Source of the DNA: an uncultured Saprospiraceae bacterium
GTDB lineage: Bacteria; Bacteroidota; Bacteroidia; Chitinophagales; Saprospiraceae
Length of the DNA stretch: 64,000 bases
Assembly: GCA_964423205.1 (NCBI GenBank)
Contig: CAYRDX010000009.1
Location: 6,535-70,534, forward strand
Direction: 5' to 3'
In this document: piece after piece, positions 38,212-47,968 of the stretch
How the letters are laid out: the number at the start of each line of letters is the position of its first letter
How positions within the stretch are numbered: the first letter of the stretch is position 1
Position numbers and translations under genes: made by a program
Notes under the pieces: model-generated
What the model saw: only the letters and a program-made list of their open reading frames with translations
What the model was told of the DNA's origin: nothing
Databases searched by the model: none

Positions 38212-38910
38212 ATGTTGCCCCTCATGGTCTTTTGGCTTAGGCAAACTTCCAGTGAGTTGCCCAACTCACTGGTCTGGCTGCATCCATTGGAGTTGGAGAC
38301 ATTTTCTGCCTTTAAGTTTCCCAAAAAACAAAACGACTGGTTGCTCGGCAGATGGACGGCCAAAAAAGCCGTAATTAGTTTCCTTAAAGAAAGTCATCCC
38401 ACTCTCCAAAACTCTGATTTTGCCATCATCAGAGCAAAAGATGGGGCACCGGAAATTCACTGCGAAGCAGAACCTTTGCCTGCGTTCCTTTCACTGAGTC
38501 ACAGTCATGGAAAGGCATTTTGTATCGTTGCAAAACCTGGTTTTCGGATGGGTTGCGATTTGGAGAAAATTGAAAAACGCAGTCCACTATTCGTCCGGGA
38601 TTATTTCACTGCAAGTGAGCAGGAATTGCTCAGCGCTGTCGACTCTGAGAGACAACCACTGCTAACCAACCTTATTTGGAGTGCCAAAGAAAGCACCATG
38701 AAAGCACTGAGAACGGGGCTGCGAATTAACCCATTGCGAATTGAGGTGCAAATATCGCCTCCGCTTGATAAAGAGGAATGGCAGGAACTACGAACTGTTT
38801 ATTCAGATAACACAATCAATTTCCGTGGCTACTGGCAATCTGGAAGTGGATATGTTTACACGGTGCTTTCGGATTGCCTGGAACGGGAGTTGGAAGAGTT
38901 GAAAACTTAG
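38212..38910 (+). CDS. 4'-phosphopantetheinyl transferase (Sfp/EntD/PfaE type)
   Basis: 232-aa ORF. RWTAKKAVISFL, SLSHSHG, GCDLEKIE (Mg-binding motif) and WSAKESTMKAL (W/KEA motif). Confidence 0.85.
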   Translation: MLPLMVFWLRQTSSELPNSLVWLHPLELETFSAFKFPKKQNDWLLGRWTAKKAVISFLKESHPTLQNSDFAIIRAKDGAPEIHCEAEPLPAFLSLSHSHGKAFCIVAKPGFRMGCDLEKIEKRSPLFVRDYFTASEQELLSAVDSERQPLLTNLIWSAKESTMKALRTGLRINPLRIEVQISPPLDKEEWQELRTVYSDNTINFRGYWQSGSGYVYTVLSDCLERELEELKT

Positions 38911-38985
38911 TTCATCTGGAGCCCGCCAAATCAGGTTTGCAAAAACAAAAAAGAACAGAAACCGGATACTCGAGCAGACCAATCC

Positions 38986-39969
38986 TCATTTCATTTTTCC
39001 AACAATAACATCAAACTTCTCAGTGAATAAGTTGTGAAGAAGTTCAAGGTCCTCCGGACACAATGGAACAATGCCGTTCACATTATCTTCTGCCTGAGCA
39101 GGTGTCCGGATACCGGGAATGACCGTGGACACCTCAGGTTGGCTTAGTATGTAACTCATGGCGAATGCCGTAGCGGAAATGCCGTATTTTTCAGAGAGCT
39201 GCCAGACCGGTTCCAGTGCTTCCAAAACTTCGACAAGCAGTTCAGGTGGAAGCCGGAAAAAGCGATGGTCGTTCATGGGGAAGCGGGTGTTTTCATCAAA
39301 TTTTCCGGTGAGCAGACCAAATTGTAGGGGCATTCTAACGATGATTCCCTTTCCATATTTACCGGCTTTCTGTATCGCAGAAAGGCCGCGCTGGTTGATG
39401 ATGTTGAGCACAACCTGGAACCCATCACCGAGATGTCTGTCCATCAGCCAATCCGCTTCGGTGTCCGGGTAGAAAGTATTCAGAGAAAGGCCCCAATACC
39501 GGATTTTGCCTTCCTTTACTAATTGCTGCATTGCTTCCATGCATTCGCCGTTTTCCAGGTCGGCCACTTTGGCGGTATGCAGTTGGTAAAAATCAATGCA
39601 ATCCCTGCGAAGACGGCGAAGGCTTTGTTCACAGGCTTGCAGCATGTAGTTTTTAGTGTAATCCAGAATGATATCCTGATTCTCACTCAGACGATGGCCA
39701 ACCTTTGTTGCAATGACCAGGTCCTTTCGCTTGCCCATCTCTTGCCCAATCAGGGTTTCGGAATGTCCCAGTCCATAAAAATCAGCTGTATCGAAGAAAT
39801 TTATACCTACATCGAGGGCTTTGCGCAAGGCTTCAATGGATACCGCATCATCCGCTTCACCCCATCCAATGGGGATGTCGCCCGCCATGACTGGTCCTCC
39901 AATTGCCCATGCACCAAATCCAATTTCGCTAACGCTTAGAGTAGTATTTCCGAAGTTGCGGTATTTCAT
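38986..39969 (-). CDS. aldo/keto reductase
   Basis: 327-aa ORF. GFGAWAIGG, INFFDTADFYGLGHSE and IPGIRTPAQAEDN are typical AKR motifs. Confidence 0.85.
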   Translation of the reverse strand: MKYRNFGNTTLSVSEIGFGAWAIGGPVMAGDIPIGWGEADDAVSIEALRKALDVGINFFDTADFYGLGHSETLIGQEMGKRKDLVIATKVGHRLSENQDIILDYTKNYMLQACEQSLRRLRRDCIDFYQLHTAKVADLENGECMEAMQQLVKEGKIRYWGLSLNTFYPDTEADWLMDRHLGDGFQVVLNIINQRGLSAIQKAGKYGKGIIVRMPLQFGLLTGKFDENTRFPMNDHRFFRLPPELLVEVLEALEPVWQLSEKYGISATAFAMSYILSQPEVSTVIPGIRTPAQAEDNVNGIVPLCPEDLELLHNLFTEKFDVIVGKMK

Positions 39970-40162
39970 GTTTTGAAGATTTAAGAAGCCTATGGTATGG
40001 TTTGCAAGGTAAATTTTCTATTCAGTTTGACTGACTGATTTTTGTTGTGGTAGCTGTTTCATTTTTCTGACATGCGACAAAAAAAGTGGAAAAAATTGCT
40101 AAAAATGAACTGAAGTCAGGGTAGTTTGGCATCACTAATTTTGACGCATTCATTTTGAAATA

Positions 40163-41038
40163 ATGAAAAAATCATTTGTCTATCTAATTGTTGCTGCAAC
40201 TGTACTTTTTGCGGGCATTGCCGGAGTTTATTTTTTCAATCAAGAGGAGCCGCATAAGGAACAAAACGCTGAAGAAACGGGTCCAGTCGTTGACCAAGGC
40301 GATGCTACAGCTACTATCGGTGGTCAAACAGATCAGGAATCTCTTGCTCAAGAAAAAATACCAGCTGGGCAAAGTCGTCTAAACATGCGCTTTCTGGATG
40401 TTGGTACTGGCACCGCCGTAATTCCCGACTTTGTTGAAATCAACTTGAGGGGAACTGGAGGCAAAGGATTGCGAAGCACTAAAAACGATGTCGCTGATAA
40501 TGGAAGCCTGTCCGTCGATTTGGAAAATGGATTGTATGATATTACGGTTCGTAAAGCAGGTTATCTCCCTATGTCCACCTTTTTTGACCTGAAGAACAAT
40601 GACCTTAAGGTGAACTTCAACCTGGAGCCGATTACTGAAAAAGAAGAGCTTTCCTCACAGTACATCACGACACTGCAAAGGCCGGATGCATTGGTTGTAG
40701 TTGGATATGTGGTGGACGACCAAAGTGGCAAGCCGTTGGCCAATGTGAATGTACAACCCGCCGACAAAGTGGCTTTCGCCATTACAGACAAAAACGGCTT
40801 CTTCCAGTTTCACCTTCCATTACCTTCGGTGAAAGAATCTGTTGCGAAGAGAAACAAGCTTTATTTTCAAAAAGAAGGTTACACAACTGAAGTCCGATCC
40901 AATTTCGATATATGGCCAAATGGGGACATGATTCTGCAAATTCGCATGAGAAGCGGAACCGGAACCCATGAAGAAAAAATACTTCTGGGCCGGAATGCCA
41001 GCATCAGTTTGTTGGATAAAAGCAATGCAAAACAATGA
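40163..41038 (+). CDS. membrane-anchored protein with two carboxypeptidase-regulatory-like (CarboxypepD_reg) domains
   Basis: N-terminal TM anchor. Two beta-sandwich-like modules end in GLYDITVRKAGYLP and YFQKEGYTT. The stop overlaps the next start (ATGA at 41035). Confidence 0.6.
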   Translation: MKKSFVYLIVAATVLFAGIAGVYFFNQEEPHKEQNAEETGPVVDQGDATATIGGQTDQESLAQEKIPAGQSRLNMRFLDVGTGTAVIPDFVEINLRGTGGKGLRSTKNDVADNGSLSVDLENGLYDITVRKAGYLPMSTFFDLKNNDLKVNFNLEPITEKEELSSQYITTLQRPDALVVVGYVVDDQSGKPLANVNVQPADKVAFAITDKNGFFQFHLPLPSVKESVAKRNKLYFQKEGYTTEVRSNFDIWPNGDMILQIRMRSGTGTHEEKILLGRNASISLLDKSNAKQ

Positions 41039-42951
41039 ATATCACGAAACGAATCACGCGGATACTTTCGGTGCTCATTGTCCTGAGTTTTGCGGGTGAA
41101 CTGTCCGCCCAGCAATGCCCGACCACCATTCGGGTAGGCACAAGTTGCTCTTGTCACACTTGCACAGGCACCATTAATGTGGTGAACTACACGACTTATG
41201 TGAAGCGGGTTTTGCCTCAGGAATGGCTCAATTGCTGGGGTAATCAGGTTGGTGGCACCCATTCTTTGAGAGCCGGTGCAGTGGCCATTCGCTCCTATAC
41301 GATTCCCCGGATGGCAGCTTATGTGAACAGTCATGGAAACGGATTGTATGATATATGCAGCACCACCTGCTGCCATGTGTATGGCACTTCACAATTTACC
41401 AATTCCAACCTGGCAGTGGACAGCACGGAAGGCGTGGTGTTGGTTGCCAATGGAAAAATCCAGTTATCGGAATACGCCGCGGAACAGAACAACCATTCTG
41501 CTTGTGGTAATGGCAAAGTGGGTAATGGAACCGCCCAATGGCCATGTAAAGATGATTCACCATGTAGCGGCCAAACCTACAACGGGCACGGCCGGGGTAT
41601 GTGCCAGAATGGTTCCGCGCGCTGGGCTACAGGGTTGAACTTCGCAAACAGCTCCTGCAACTGGCTGGCACCTCATGGCTACGGTACCAAAACATGGCAG
41701 GAGATATTGGCACATTATTACCCAAACTGGACGCTGACTCAGTGCGGTACATCTACTTGTCCCGCACCGGTAAATGATAATTGCACTGGAGCAATATCAC
41801 TGATACCGGCCTCTGAATGCAATTTTCAAACATTCAGTACAGATTGCGCATCCCAAAGTTTGGCAGCACTTCCCAATTGCAATGGTTTTACTTTGGGAAA
41901 TGCCGATGACGATGTATGGTTTAAATTTGCTGCCATTGCCGGACAATCTTATACCATTCAGGTTCTGAACGGCAATAATTTCGATGGTGTCATTGACCTG
42001 AGAGAATCCTGCAGCGGAAGTAGCCTGGCCTGTGCAGACCAACCCGGAACAGCAGGCGAAACTAACTCCGTAACCATCAACTCTTCAATTCATCAGACCT
42101 CCTATTTCAGGGTGTATCACTACGGTGCCGGTTCTGGAGGTGGTAGTTTTCAGGTATGTGTAAGCGCAGCATCACCCTGCCAGACTCCGGGAGCGCCATC
42201 CAATGTCACAGCAATGCCTATCGGAATAAACTCCGCCAATTTCTCCTGGTCAGCAGGCAGCCCGGCGGGTACGGAAGTGACTTATCACTGGGTCGTTGGC
42301 GATAATCCTGTAATCAAATACGGCGATGGTATTGCCTTCGGCAAAACAAGCGGTACAACAGCAAGCACGGGTGTTTTGGCCTGCGCCAGCACTTATTATT
42401 TCAGGGTGTATGCACTGACGGCCTGTAATAACACTTTTTCTGCTTACGCAACTGCTGAGGCGTTTACCACTTTTTCTGCTGATACGGCTGTCAGCCTGGT
42501 TGGAAATACACTTAAGGCCAATGCTTCTCCTGCCACTTATCAGTGGATAAATTGCAGTACAATGGCCAATATAACTGGTGCAACCGGACAGACCTATTCG
42601 CCACCTGGCAGCGGCGCTTATGCTGTCAGAGTGACTCAGAACAATTGTACTGCTGTTTCAAAGTGTCAGACCTGGACGAAGGCGACAGAGAACAAATTAT
42701 CCTGGGAGCTGAATATTTTTCCGAATCCTGTTGTTCACATGCTACATATTCAGGCCCGAAATGTTTCTTCAGGACAATCGGAAATCATTTTATATAACAC
42801 CGTTGGACAAATGGTTTTTAGTCAAAAGGTAATGATTGCGGCGGATGTGTGGGGAGAAAGTATCAATACCCGGAATCTGAATCCAGGTATCTATATGTTG
42901 GTTATCAGGCAGGGTAGGTACAGTCAGGTTTTTAAAATTCAAAAGCTGTAG
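41035..42951 (+). CDS. secreted SpoIID/LytB-like domain protein with Cys-rich and beta-sandwich modules and a T9SS C-terminal sorting domain
   Basis: YVKRVLPQEW...SLRAGAVAIRSY...DICSTTCCHVYG...VDSTEGVVL resembles the SpoIID fold motifs. The C-terminal LNIFPNPVVHMLHIQ...IYNTVGQMVF...LNPGIYMLVI...FKIQKL is a type A T9SS CTD. Confidence 0.7.
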   Translation: MNITKRITRILSVLIVLSFAGELSAQQCPTTIRVGTSCSCHTCTGTINVVNYTTYVKRVLPQEWLNCWGNQVGGTHSLRAGAVAIRSYTIPRMAAYVNSHGNGLYDICSTTCCHVYGTSQFTNSNLAVDSTEGVVLVANGKIQLSEYAAEQNNHSACGNGKVGNGTAQWPCKDDSPCSGQTYNGHGRGMCQNGSARWATGLNFANSSCNWLAPHGYGTKTWQEILAHYYPNWTLTQCGTSTCPAPVNDNCTGAISLIPASECNFQTFSTDCASQSLAALPNCNGFTLGNADDDVWFKFAAIAGQSYTIQVLNGNNFDGVIDLRESCSGSSLACADQPGTAGETNSVTINSSIHQTSYFRVYHYGAGSGGGSFQVCVSAASPCQTPGAPSNVTAMPIGINSANFSWSAGSPAGTEVTYHWVVGDNPVIKYGDGIAFGKTSGTTASTGVLACASTYYFRVYALTACNNTFSAYATAEAFTTFSADTAVSLVGNTLKANASPATYQWINCSTMANITGATGQTYSPPGSGAYAVRVTQNNCTAVSKCQTWTKATENKLSWELNIFPNPVVHMLHIQARNVSSGQSEIILYNTVGQMVFSQKVMIAADVWGESINTRNLNPGIYMLVIRQGRYSQVFKIQKL

Positions 42952-43037
42952 GAGTTCTGAATCACTGTTAAATAATACACGTGGTTTTGGTGGATTTTAC
43001 AATATTTACCAAATCACGAATCACTAAATCCTAATGT

Positions 43038-43547
43038 ATGAGATCGATATTATTCGTTTTTTTGGCTATGGTGCTTATTGGTTGTGCAACAACCAAAAAT
43101 CAGGAAGTTACCTCTCACACCGGCAAACCCATTTTACTTGGCAAGGTTGACAGATCAGGCATGGAGAAAGCTCCATACAATGAATGGTTCAATGCCACCT
43201 ATTCGGGTTACGAATTGGACAAAACAACACTCGACAAAACTGACCTGAAGGGTGTCGAGATAAAACTGTTTCTCGGCACCTGGTGTGGCGACAGCCAGGA
43301 GCAGGTACCACGCTTTTACAAGATGTTGGACTACAAGAAATATCCCGTCAAAAAGATGACTGTAATTGCACTTGACAATCATCCCGACCGCCGGAAAACA
43401 AGCCCGGGTGGTGAAGAAAAAGGCTGGAACATTGAATACGTTCCCACTTTCATTGTGCTGAAGGATGGGAAGGAAATGGGCCGAATTGTCGAATACCCTA
43501 AAGCCTCTTTGGAAAAAGACCTGGCTGCTATCGTTGCGAAGAAATAG
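43038..43547 (+). CDS. thioredoxin-fold lipoprotein (TlpA-like, CxxS variant)
   Basis: Lipobox LIGC, FLGTWCGDSQEQVPRF and a thioredoxin-like C-terminus (VPTFIVLKDGKEMGR). Confidence 0.7.
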   Translation: MRSILFVFLAMVLIGCATTKNQEVTSHTGKPILLGKVDRSGMEKAPYNEWFNATYSGYELDKTTLDKTDLKGVEIKLFLGTWCGDSQEQVPRFYKMLDYKKYPVKKMTVIALDNHPDRRKTSPGGEEKGWNIEYVPTFIVLKDGKEMGRIVEYPKASLEKDLAAIVAKK

Positions 43548-43600
43548 ACTGTTGAAAGTTGAGTTGGTTGAGTTGGTTGAAAGGGTTGAGAGGCAGAGTC

Positions 43601-43782
43601 GATTGGTTCTGGTTTTTGACTGGTTTTTGATTGACGATATATGATTGACGATATCAGATTTTTGATTTTCCGAGACAAGAACCGGCCGTTTGCGTCCCGA
43701 AAAATCAAATCCCGATAGCTATCGGGATACGTCTGATATCTTAAATCTGAAATCAAAAAACCCTTATAAACCAGAACCAATC
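43601..43782 (+). mobile_element. 182-bp MITE-like non-autonomous element, copy 1
   Basis: Perfect 15-bp terminal inverted repeats gattggttctggttt / aaaccagaaccaatc. The interior has a 20-bp palindrome atcccgatagctatcgggat and internal direct repeats (tgattgacgatat x2). There is no coding capacity. It is nearly identical to 47967-48148 in the opposite orientation. Confidence 0.8.
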
Positions 43783-43909
43783 AGCCCTGGGTTAGGGGGT
43801 TGAGAAAGTTGAGGCAATTGAGAGGTGCTATCTCAACTCAACCTTCTAAACTTCCTCAACCAACTCAACCACATCAGGAATTGTCATTTTTCCAAATAAA
43901 ATCAATGCC

Positions 43910-44113
43910 ATGAGTCTGAAAAAACTGATAACCCATTTCAATGAAAAAATGCAGTGGTACGACGTACCTATCCTGAAACTCACAGTGTTTTTTGCAACCC
44001 TGTTTCTTTTGACTGCCTGGCCGGCATTTCGTGAACTCTTACTCGGGATAGACTGGTACTGGTACCTGGGTCTAACCCTCATTATGATGTTTTATCTGAT
44101 GAAAAAGATGTAG
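43910..44113 (+). CDS. small hypothetical membrane protein (two TM helices)
   Basis: 67-aa ORF with two hydrophobic helices. I recognise no family and it may be non-coding. Confidence 0.3.
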   Translation: MSLKKLITHFNEKMQWYDVPILKLTVFFATLFLLTAWPAFRELLLGIDWYWYLGLTLIMMFYLMKKM

Positions 44114-44301
44114 AAATGATATTTTGCAATCGGTTGCAGAAGTCTTTTTCAATTTATTACCTTGTGCTTTCTATCTCGATTTTCAGTACTACTCCATCAA
44201 GTGTAGTAATGTAAACTCAGTGCAACACCTGTTTATAACCACCAGACACAGTATGCGAAACGCAGGGTGCTTCCAGGCTGTGTTTGCCAATTCACAGCGT
44301 T

Positions 44302-45441
44302 ATGCAAACCATGAAAGCAATCTCCATTTTGTTCTTCGTTCTGCCCATCGCATTTTCCTGTAATTCTGAATCAGCTCAAAAGGCAAGCTCCAGCAATGCC
44401 AATTCTTTGAAAGATGCCTACAAAGACAACTTTTACATTGGCGCTGCTTTGGGTGCCGAACACATCAGAGAAGAAGATCCAATAGCTTCTGGCCTCGTTT
44501 CCAAGGAATTCAACAGCCTCACAGCTGAAAACATTATGAAATGGATGTACATCCATCCAGAAAGGGGAAAGTTTAACTTCGAACTACCCGATAAGTTTGT
44601 GGCATTGGGTGAAAAACACGGGATGCAACTGATTGGACATACACTGATTTGGCACAGTCAGACAGCGCCCTGGGTAAATAACATTAAGACAGGCGGGGAG
44701 ATGGAAAAGGTGATGGAGGAACACATCAGTTCCATAGTCGGTCATTTCAAAGGTAAGATTCATGGCTGGGATGTGCTCAATGAAGTATTGAATGAAGACG
44801 GAACCTTGCGCGAATCCATTTTCCTGAAAACTATGGGAGAGTCTTATATCAAAAAAGCTTTTGACCTGGCGGCGGCTGCCGATCCTGAGGCCGAACTGTA
44901 TTACAACGATTACAACATTGAACAGCCCAGGAAAAGGGAAGGATGTATTAAAATGATAAAAAAGCTGCAGGAAAGCGGGACGAAAATTGATGGAGTTGGC
45001 ATTCAGGGTCACTGGGGATTAAATGGTCCTCCAGTGGAAGAAATTGAAAAGAGTATCATCGAGTACGCCGCCCTTGGACTTAAAGTGATGTTTACGGAAG
45101 TGGATATCAACGTATTACCCAACCCCTGGGACTTGACCGGTGCCGATGTGAGTTTGAACTATCCTGGCAGTCCACACATGAATCCCTATCCAGAGGGGCT
45201 TCCAGATTCTATTGCAATAAAACAAGCCAAACGCTACAAGGATATTTTCAAGGTACTCATCAAACACCAGGATAAAATTGACCGTGTAACTTTTTGGGGC
45301 GTAAATGATGGTCATTCCTGGAAAAACAACTGGCCGATAAAAGGCCGGACGGATTATCCTTTACTTTTTGATAGGGAGTTTAAACCGAAAAAAGCCTATT
45401 ACAGCGTAATGGAACTGAAAAACCCTGACATTAAACCTTGA
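44302..45441 (+). CDS. endo-1,4-beta-xylanase, glycoside hydrolase family 10
   Basis: Lipoprotein-like signal (ILFFVLPIAFSC), GHTLIWHSQ, WDVLNE (acid/base) and FTEVDI (nucleophile). Confidence 0.9.
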   Translation: MQTMKAISILFFVLPIAFSCNSESAQKASSSNANSLKDAYKDNFYIGAALGAEHIREEDPIASGLVSKEFNSLTAENIMKWMYIHPERGKFNFELPDKFVALGEKHGMQLIGHTLIWHSQTAPWVNNIKTGGEMEKVMEEHISSIVGHFKGKIHGWDVLNEVLNEDGTLRESIFLKTMGESYIKKAFDLAAAADPEAELYYNDYNIEQPRKREGCIKMIKKLQESGTKIDGVGIQGHWGLNGPPVEEIEKSIIEYAALGLKVMFTEVDINVLPNPWDLTGADVSLNYPGSPHMNPYPEGLPDSIAIKQAKRYKDIFKVLIKHQDKIDRVTFWGVNDGHSWKNNWPIKGRTDYPLLFDREFKPKKAYYSVMELKNPDIKP

Positions 45442-45469
45442 TATAAAAATCGCTTTAAACAGGTAACAG

Positions 45470-46891
45470 ATGAACAACGTTTCACAAAAACTATCCGTGC
45501 GGGAAAAGGTAGGATATTCCCTCGGCGATCTTGCTGCAAACCTGGTTTTCCAGACCCTTTTGACATTTCTCGCCTTCTTTTATACTGATGTGTACGGGTT
45601 GAAACCAGAAATAGCTACGCCGATTATTTTTTTCGTCGGCATTTTCGCTGCTGTCATTTTTAACCCCATCATGGGGGCAGTGGCCGACCGCACCAATACG
45701 CGCTGGGGAAAATTCAGGCCCTGGATACTTTGGACTGCAGTGCCACTGGGGGCCATAGCGTTGCTGGCATTCAGTACGCCAAACTTCAGCATGCAGGGCA
45801 AAATCATTTATGCCATCATCACCTACACCCTTTTGCTGATGTTGTATGCCGCCAACAACCTGCCTTATGCGGCCCTGAGTGGCGTTATCACCGGTAATAT
45901 GGCTGAGCGAAACAGCCTTTCTTCCTATCGCTTCGTGGCAGTTATGGCAGCACAATTCATCGTTCAGGTACTGATGTATCCCTTCGTAGACTACATGGGA
46001 GGTGGCGACAGGGCTCTTGGCTTTTCCAAAGTAATGACCTTTCTGGCAGCGACCGGCACTTTGCTTTTGCTGATAACCTTTTTTACAACGAAAGAAAGGA
46101 TAGTGCCCAAGCCGGAACAGAAATCCACCCTGAAGGAAGATTTAGACGACCTAATCAAAAACCGGCCCTGGGTAATCATGCTGTTGCTTACCATCCTGGT
46201 GTTCATCACGCTCGCACTGAAAGGGGGAATGTATGTTTATTATTTTGAAAATTACCTCGACAAAGCAGCAATAGGTGGCTTCCTCGGCAAGTTTGGACTA
46301 CAAAATATCGAAAATCCGGCATCCTATGGTTTCAGTGTTTTCAACGGCTGCGGCATCGTTTTCATGATCATCGGAATCATGTTTTCAAAACCACTGGCAG
46401 ATAAATATGGTAAACGGGATGTGTTCGGAATAGCGCTGGTGATTTCTACATTGTTCATACTGGTACTGTATTTTATATCACCATCCGGTATCAGCATGGT
46501 GATGCTTGCGCAAATCCTGCATGGCTTTTTCTATGGCATTACCATCCCAATTCTATGGGCAATGATTGCGGATGTGGCAGATTATTCGGAATGGAAAAAT
46601 AACCGCCGGGCCACTGCCATTATCTTTTCAGCCATGATGGTCGGCCTAAAACTGGGCCTTACTTTCGGTGGCGCCCTTGTTACGGGTATCTTGGGTGTTT
46701 ACGGATATGATGCGACTCTGACAAGTCAATCCGATGCTGCGGTTCAGGGAATCAGGATGTCCGTCAGCGTTTATCCGGGTATTTTCTTCTTGATTGGCGC
46801 GGCGCTTCTTTTCTTTTATGAAATTAACAAGGCAAAGGAGACGCAGATTGAGCAGGAATTGGCTGCACGCAGATTGGAGTCAAAACAATAA
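45470..46891 (+). CDS. glycoside-pentoside-hexuronide (GPH):cation symporter family MFS transporter
   Basis: LSVREKVGYSLGDLAANLVFQ N-terminus, RWGKFRPW motif and 12 TM helices. Confidence 0.85.
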   Translation: MNNVSQKLSVREKVGYSLGDLAANLVFQTLLTFLAFFYTDVYGLKPEIATPIIFFVGIFAAVIFNPIMGAVADRTNTRWGKFRPWILWTAVPLGAIALLAFSTPNFSMQGKIIYAIITYTLLLMLYAANNLPYAALSGVITGNMAERNSLSSYRFVAVMAAQFIVQVLMYPFVDYMGGGDRALGFSKVMTFLAATGTLLLLITFFTTKERIVPKPEQKSTLKEDLDDLIKNRPWVIMLLLTILVFITLALKGGMYVYYFENYLDKAAIGGFLGKFGLQNIENPASYGFSVFNGCGIVFMIIGIMFSKPLADKYGKRDVFGIALVISTLFILVLYFISPSGISMVMLAQILHGFFYGITIPILWAMIADVADYSEWKNNRRATAIIFSAMMVGLKLGLTFGGALVTGILGVYGYDATLTSQSDAAVQGIRMSVSVYPGIFFLIGAALLFFYEINKAKETQIEQELAARRLESKQ

Positions 46892-46948
46892 CACGGGTAT
46901 TTCACCCTCCTGCTTTAATTGCAACTAAGGTCAAAAAATAACTTCATC

Positions 46949-47968
46949 ATGGAAAAACCTTGGGAAGATCACATCATACAGGACTATAACGAAAGGGCCA
47001 TTTCCCCACCCCTGGTCACTCATATGTTCACAGCGGACCCCTCCGCTCATTTGTTTCAAGGCCGGATTTACATTTATCCATCTCATGACTTCGACGCGGG
47101 AATACCGTTCAATGACAATGGCGACCATTTCGGCATGGAGGACTATCATGTCTTTAGTATGGATGAACCGGGTGCATCGGTGACTGACCACGGTGTGGCT
47201 CTGCATGTCAGGGACGTCCCCTGGGCTGAACGGCAGATGTGGGCGCCAGATGCGGCATATAAGGACGGCAAATACTATTTCTATTTCCCGGCCAAACGCA
47301 AAGACGGCATTTTCCAGATTGGAGTGGCAGTGGGTGACAGACCTGAAGGGCCTTTCGTTCCTGAACCCGAAGCTATCGAAGGTTCTTATTCTATCGACCC
47401 AGCGGTTTTCAAAGATGATGATGGCTGCTACTACATGTACTTCGGAGGCATCTGGGGTGGTCAATTACAAAAGTACCGGAATAATATTTTCCATGAAAAC
47501 AATGAACTGCCCAAAGGTGATGAACCTGCTTTAGGCCCAATTGTGGCCAAGCTGAGTGACGACATGAAACAGTTTGCTGAAACACCCAGAGAGATTAAAA
47601 TTCTGGATGAAAACGGGATGCCACTATTGGAAAAAGACAATGACCGTCGGTTTTTCGAAGCATCGTGGATGCACAGATATCAGGGTAAATATTACTTCTC
47701 CTATTCAACAGGTGATACTCATTTCCTTTGTTATGCAACAGGTGATAACCCTTACGGGCCTTTCACTTATGGAGGCAGAATTCTGAACCCCGTGGTTGGT
47801 TGGACCAGTCATCATTCTATTTGCGAGTTTATAGGAAAATGGTACCTGTTTTACCACGATTCTCTGTTGTCAAAAGGTATTACTCACCTGCGTTCCATAA
47901 AAATGACGGAGTTGACATACCGGCCGGATGGAAGTTTCGAAACACTGAACCCCTATAGGCAGGGCTGA
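46949..47968 (+). CDS. glycoside hydrolase family 43 (beta-xylosidase/alpha-L-arabinofuranosidase type)
   Basis: FTADPSAHLFQGRIYIYPSHD, MWAPDAAYKDGKYYFYF and EASWMHRYQGKYYFSYS. ATG 46949 is preferred over TTG 46919. The stop codon overlaps the first bases of MITE copy 2. Confidence 0.85.
   Translation: MEKPWEDHIIQDYNERAISPPLVTHMFTADPSAHLFQGRIYIYPSHDFDAGIPFNDNGDHFGMEDYHVFSMDEPGASVTDHGVALHVRDVPWAERQMWAPDAAYKDGKYYFYFPAKRKDGIFQIGVAVGDRPEGPFVPEPEAIEGSYSIDPAVFKDDDGCYYMYFGGIWGGQLQKYRNNIFHENNELPKGDEPALGPIVAKLSDDMKQFAETPREIKILDENGMPLLEKDNDRRFFEASWMHRYQGKYYFSYSTGDTHFLCYATGDNPYGPFTYGGRILNPVVGWTSHHSICEFIGKWYLFYHDSLLSKGITHLRSIKMTELTYRPDGSFETLNPYRQG

Noticed and set aside
27937-38910. Interpretation as a canonical PUFA (EPA/DHA/ARA) synthase locus
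   Set aside because: Only a PfaA-like subunit and a PPTase are present. There are no PfaB (AT), PfaC (KS-CLF-FabA DH) or PfaD (ER) genes. There are only two carrier domains and an extra internal KS-like domain. I therefore call it PfaA/HglE-like rather than a PUFA synthase.
43379-43780. 133-aa minus-strand ORF and its twin at 47969..48163 (+), sharing the peptide FYKGFLISDLRYQTYPDSYRDLIFRDANGRFLSRKIKNLISS
   Set aside because: The shared peptide is simply the translation of the 182-bp MITE-like repeat. One ORF overlaps the 3' end of the thioredoxin-like gene. There is no independent coding evidence.
44124-44363. 79-aa ORF upstream of, and overlapping, the GH10 start
   Set aside because: It has no recognisable features and overlaps the GH10 signal-peptide region in another frame. 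It more likely covers the promoter and leader of the xylanase gene.
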